A stretch of DNA of 64,000 nt from an uncultured delta proteobacterium. Its GTDB lineage: Bacteria; Desulfobacterota; Binatia; UBA9968. A program made the position numbers and the translations under genes. The first letter of the stretch is position 1. Each line of letters opens with the position of its first letter. Below the pieces are notes generated by a model. It had not been told where the DNA came from. It saw only the letters and a program-made list of their open reading frames with translations, and searched no databases. Below, piece by piece: positions 60,405 to 64,000 of this stretch. The stretch is from NCBI GenBank assembly GCA_963840855.1, contig CAWJBB010000040.1, positions 1 through 64,000 of the forward strand, read 5' to 3'.

Positions 60405-61769
60405 ATGACGACCAGCACCACCAGCGTCACTCCCGATCTGATCCACTACATGGCGAATGCCAGCACGTCTCCTGTTCCGTCCCAGGTCTTGGTGAAAGCC
60501 AAAAACCACGTACTGGACACCATTGCCGCCATGGTCTCTGGCACCACCATCAAACCCGGCATTTTTGCGATCCGCTACATCGGGCAACAAGGAGGGAATC
60601 CCGAAGCCCAGGTGGTGGGCAGCGGGATTGTTACCTCGGCTATCAATGCCGCTCTGGCCAACGGGATGTTGGCCCACTCCGACGAGACCGACGACTCCAA
60701 TGGCTCGGCCGGGATTCATCCAGGCTGCGCCGTAATCCCCGCTGCCCTCGCGATGGCGGAGCGGGAAAACGCCAGCGGTGAGGCCTTCGTACGTGCGGTG
60801 ATTCTGGGCTACGACATCGGCTCGCGTACCACCAAGGCCCTGGGTCGGGACGCGATGCGCGCGAGAAACCACCTGCCCTTCAGCATCGGCGGCACCCTGG
60901 GCGCCACCGCGGCGGCGGGCTCGCTCGCTCGCCTCAGCAAAGAGCAGTTCCGGCATCTGCTCTCCTGCGGCGCCCAACAGGCTTCCGGAGTGATGACCTA
61001 CGCACGAGATACGGAGCATATCGAAAAGGCCTTCATCTTTGGCGGAATGCCCGCCCGCAATGGCGTGACTGCCGCCACTATGCTACAGAGCGGCTACACC
61101 GGCGTTGACGATGTCTTTGTCGGGGACGGCAATTTCCTGGCCGCCTTTGCCGACTCCGCCACGGCGCAGGAGCTGACGGCGGAGTTGGGCAGCCGCTACG
61201 AGGTCATGCTGACCAACATCAAAAAGTACTGCGTCGGGTTCCCCATCCAATCGGCTATCGAAGGGCTGCTCGGCCTCATGGCGGAGCACCAGCTCAGAGC
61301 CGACCAGGTAGAGCGCATCACCGCCCGCCTTCCCGAAAGCGGCGCTCGTACCGTAAATGACCGGGAGATGCCCGATGTCAACTTGCAATACGCGTTCGCC
61401 GTGACTCTGCTGGACGGCAAGCTTACCTTCGAGGCGGCCCATTCCTTTGAGCGCATGAAAGACCCCAGGGTGCTCGATCTGAAGAAGAAGGTCACGCTCA
61501 TTGGCGACCCGGAGTTGAGCCGCGCACGACCGGAAGGCCAGTCCATCGTCCAGGTAATCACGCGAGACGGTCGCCGGTTGGAAAAGCGGGTGACCACCTT
61601 CAAGGGCCGGTCGGAGAATCCACTGACCAGTTACGAAGTCGAGGAAAAAGCCCTGGAACTGCTGGAGCCGGTCCTTGGCCAGTCGCGCACCCGGCAGTTG
61701 ATGGACGCCGTTGGAAAGCTGGAAACCCTTGCCAGCGTGCGGGACCTCCGCCCGCTGCTGAGGGCATAG
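60405..61769 (+). CDS. MmgE/PrpD family protein
   Basis: LDT, AALANG..AH..E.DD, HP, K.Y, G..ENP. Confidence 0.9.
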   Translation: MTTSTTSVTPDLIHYMANASTSPVPSQVLVKAKNHVLDTIAAMVSGTTIKPGIFAIRYIGQQGGNPEAQVVGSGIVTSAINAALANGMLAHSDETDDSNGSAGIHPGCAVIPAALAMAERENASGEAFVRAVILGYDIGSRTTKALGRDAMRARNHLPFSIGGTLGATAAAGSLARLSKEQFRHLLSCGAQQASGVMTYARDTEHIEKAFIFGGMPARNGVTAATMLQSGYTGVDDVFVGDGNFLAAFADSATAQELTAELGSRYEVMLTNIKKYCVGFPIQSAIEGLLGLMAEHQLRADQVERITARLPESGARTVNDREMPDVNLQYAFAVTLLDGKLTFEAAHSFERMKDPRVLDLKKKVTLIGDPELSRARPEGQSIVQVITRDGRRLEKRVTTFKGRSENPLTSYEVEEKALELLEPVLGQSRTRQLMDAVGKLETLASVRDLRPLLRA

Positions 61770-61820
61770 GTTCAGGTGGGTGCCGATGAGAATTCGCTCT
61801 CTTCTCGTGGCGGCCATGCT

Positions 61821-61839
61821 CTAAAAGCAAATTCCTATC
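61821..61839 (+). mobile_element. IS91-type oriIS-like end motif
   Basis: CTAAAAGCAAATTCCTATC; variant at 63768-63785. Confidence 0.5.
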
Positions 61840-62089
61840 TGTCACGTTTCCATTTCTGGAATTGTCACGGCTGGGACGAGTGACGAACCACGAGGGGGGA
61901 GTGTGGAGCGATATTGGTAACCGGCTATGCCGGCGTTAGGACTCCTTCACTTTGTCACACAGGGCTCGCCCTGCTTCGTCCCCGTGTCGGCAAGTTGTCG
62001 CGAGCAAAAAGCTCGAGCTGGTGCTCTTCGGAATCATCCTTAACCGTTAGTGGCCACCGACCCGGTTCGGTGGTCCAAGTTCGACGTAG

Positions 62090-63388
62090 CTAGTCGGGCG
62101 AGGGAACGTCGCGCGGGACTTCGGCGTCGAGGCCCATCGCGCGACGGAAGGCCTGCCGGATCTCCTCCGGCTGGCCGGTCAAGAAGGGGAAGTCCTTTCG
62201 CTGGACGAGTCCCGGCGTGCGCTCGCGCCGCTTGTCGCTGTTCGCTCGGGAGTAGCCGCCGACGAAATACTCTCGGCCGATAATCGGGAGCCGCACGCAG
62301 GCGTTCTGCGCCGGATCGCGGATCACCGCCTTGGGCTCGCCGCCGCGGGCCACGAGCTCGGCCTGCTCCAGCATCCGCTTGCGCATTATGATGACGCCGC
62401 GGTCGCTCTCGCCCAGGTGCTCCTGGGTCCGGTCGGCGAGGGTACCCTGGCCCACCCAGGCGACGAAGTCCTGGTTCATTACGTGCGTGGTGATCCAGCG
62501 CCCCGTGCGTGCCTCGTTGATCGGGCTGTACCAGTACGGGATGCGGTCCTGCGTGAACGGCTCCATCTCGTTCGGCACCCGGTCGAAGAACCAGCCCACA
62601 CTCAGCATGTTCTCGTCGTCGATGGGCACCCGCCATTCGAAGTGGCCGCCGGTGAAGAGGCAGTTTGGCCACAAGCAGGTGCGCCCGACGGTCCACAGCT
62701 CGTCCGACTCTGACTGACCTTCCAGAACACGACGGTAGACGAAACCGTACTCGAACTCATCGAAGCCGATCTTCAGATGGGGCGGCGGCTTCGGCCCCTC
62801 GTCACCCTGCAAGACACGCGTCCAGTGGCTGTGCAGCCACTCGAAGTGCACAGGGTCGATCGAGTTCTCCTGGCACTGAAACCAGTTGCAGGGGACTTCC
62901 GAGAAGACGATCTGCACAAAGCCGTTGCGCCAGGTGAACGGCTCCCAGGTGGGTACGAGCGGCGCTGGCGGCGGACCCAGGTACGCCCACAGCAGGCCCG
63001 CCTTGGCCTCCACGGGATACGCCTTGATACGCACGCGGTCCTTGAAGCGAGCCTCGGGATTCGCGACCTCCTCGAAGGGCTGCTGCAAGCACTTGCCGTT
63101 GTGATCCCACACCCAGCCGTGGTAGTGGCAGCGCAGCCCGCAGCCCTCGACCCATCCATAGGATAGGTCGGCGCGGCGATGGGCGCAGTGCCGGTCTAGG
63201 AGACCATAGGTGCCGGCCTGGTCCCGATAGAGGACGAGATCCTCGCCCAGCAGACGCACGGGCTTCGTCGCCTTGTCGTCCAACTCGGCCACGGCGGCGA
63301 TTGGCATCCAGTAGCGCCGAAGCAGCTCTCCCATCGGCGTGCCGGCGCCGACCTGCGTTAACCTCAGGTTCTGTTCGTCGCTCAACAT
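62090..63388 (-). CDS. Rieske non-heme iron oxygenase alpha subunit (phthalate 4,5-dioxygenase-like)
   Basis: TPMGELLRRYW, CAHR..CHYHGW, EN.ID..H...LH, NQD. Confidence 0.92.
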   Translation of the reverse strand: MLSDEQNLRLTQVGAGTPMGELLRRYWMPIAAVAELDDKATKPVRLLGEDLVLYRDQAGTYGLLDRHCAHRRADLSYGWVEGCGLRCHYHGWVWDHNGKCLQQPFEEVANPEARFKDRVRIKAYPVEAKAGLLWAYLGPPPAPLVPTWEPFTWRNGFVQIVFSEVPCNWFQCQENSIDPVHFEWLHSHWTRVLQGDEGPKPPPHLKIGFDEFEYGFVYRRVLEGQSESDELWTVGRTCLWPNCLFTGGHFEWRVPIDDENMLSVGWFFDRVPNEMEPFTQDRIPYWYSPINEARTGRWITTHVMNQDFVAWVGQGTLADRTQEHLGESDRGVIIMRKRMLEQAELVARGGEPKAVIRDPAQNACVRLPIIGREYFVGGYSRANSDKRRERTPGLVQRKDFPFLTGQPEEIRQAFRRAMGLDAEVPRDVPSPD

Positions 63389-63475
63389 CGGTTCGGATCC
63401 TCAATCTCGATTTTCGAAGGTGGACGTATCCTAAGAGATTACTTTCCTGCTTGTGCGTGGTCGCACGCAGACAGG

Positions 63476-63673
63476 CGATCCATCTACGATTCGACCGTTC
63501 GAGTCCCTCACGGCCCTGAGGAGGATCGAAGGGTAAACTCACCGTACCGAGGAAGATCGAGGGACAGCAAGCTAATCTAAAAGCCTCTTAACGCAATTAA
63601 GCGGCATCTGTCCAGTCCTGTCCGCAAGCCAAGGCGAAGTTGACATAACGCCGCCGTATCGGATAGGCTCCGC
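63476..63673 (+). repeat. direct repeat copy C (diverged)
   Basis: Same REP insert and TTGACA..ATCGGATA block as copies A and B. Confidence 0.7.
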
Positions 63674-63826
63674 CACACTAGTCCTTCATCTTTGCGCTGC
63701 ATCGGGATCTTGAACCGACTCTAGCGCAATCACGGAGGCGGTTTGTGATATCTCGACGGCTACTCTCCAAAAGCAAGTTCATATCACCTAGGCTTCTCCT
63801 CTTTGAACTAAAAGCAGGAGGTTGTC

Positions 63827-63992
63827 ATGAAAAAATCTGCGATTCAGAGACCCAGAGTTTTTAGCTGAGACGAAAAAGAGGGGATGGCCTGTCGGACCTG
63901 TAGCTGGTGAGGAGCTTGAATCGCTGGCCAAAGAGGTGATCGCGCAGCCGCCTGAAGTTGTCCAACGGCTCAAAAAACTCTTGGGCGAATAA
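63827..63992 (+). pseudogene. internally deleted Bug/TctC gene
   Basis: AGGAGG plus ATG fused out of frame to the C-terminal RDPEFLAE..GEELE.L.KEV.AQPPEV..RLKKLLG*. Confidence 0.7.
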
Positions 63993-64000
63993 CCACATAT

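Noticed and set aside
1-64000. CRISPR array or cas genes
   Set aside because: No regularly spaced identical repeats with unique spacers; the repeats are REP/MITE or short tandem arrays.

Overview
High-GC bacterial DNA, probably from a Binatota/Deltaproteobacteria-like genome (inferred from the many TctC/Bug binding proteins, UbiD, molybdo-hydroxylase and Rieske genes and from the repeat families). Bases 1-42.7k are mostly metabolic and transport genes: tctABC, iaaA, ComDE-like, GMC oxidoreductase, peroxiredoxin, EmrAB-like, cysS, UbiD plus CoxSLM-like. The intergenic spaces are full of nested REP/MITE elements and 6/7/9-mer arrays. Highlights: (1) a complete IS110/IS1111 element (4644-6072) inserted in a REP inside a larger repeat. 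Its ends, circle-junction promoter and the target/donor guides of a bridge (seek) RNA can be read directly from the sequence. (2) A decayed island at tRNA-Arg(TCG) with an unannotated selenoprotein candidate (PCYCGC...UxxC plus SECIS-like hairpin) next to a CDF metal transporter. (3) Bases 43-64k are a mosaic of IS91/ISCR fragments alternating with cargo: a 1303-aa modular toxin-like protein, a tandem-TIR protein, bioB/ligase fragments and catabolic genes. This suggests rolling-circle gene capture or, alternatively, a chimeric assembly. Several frameshifts may be long-read errors. All calls come from reading motifs by eye; no searches were run.
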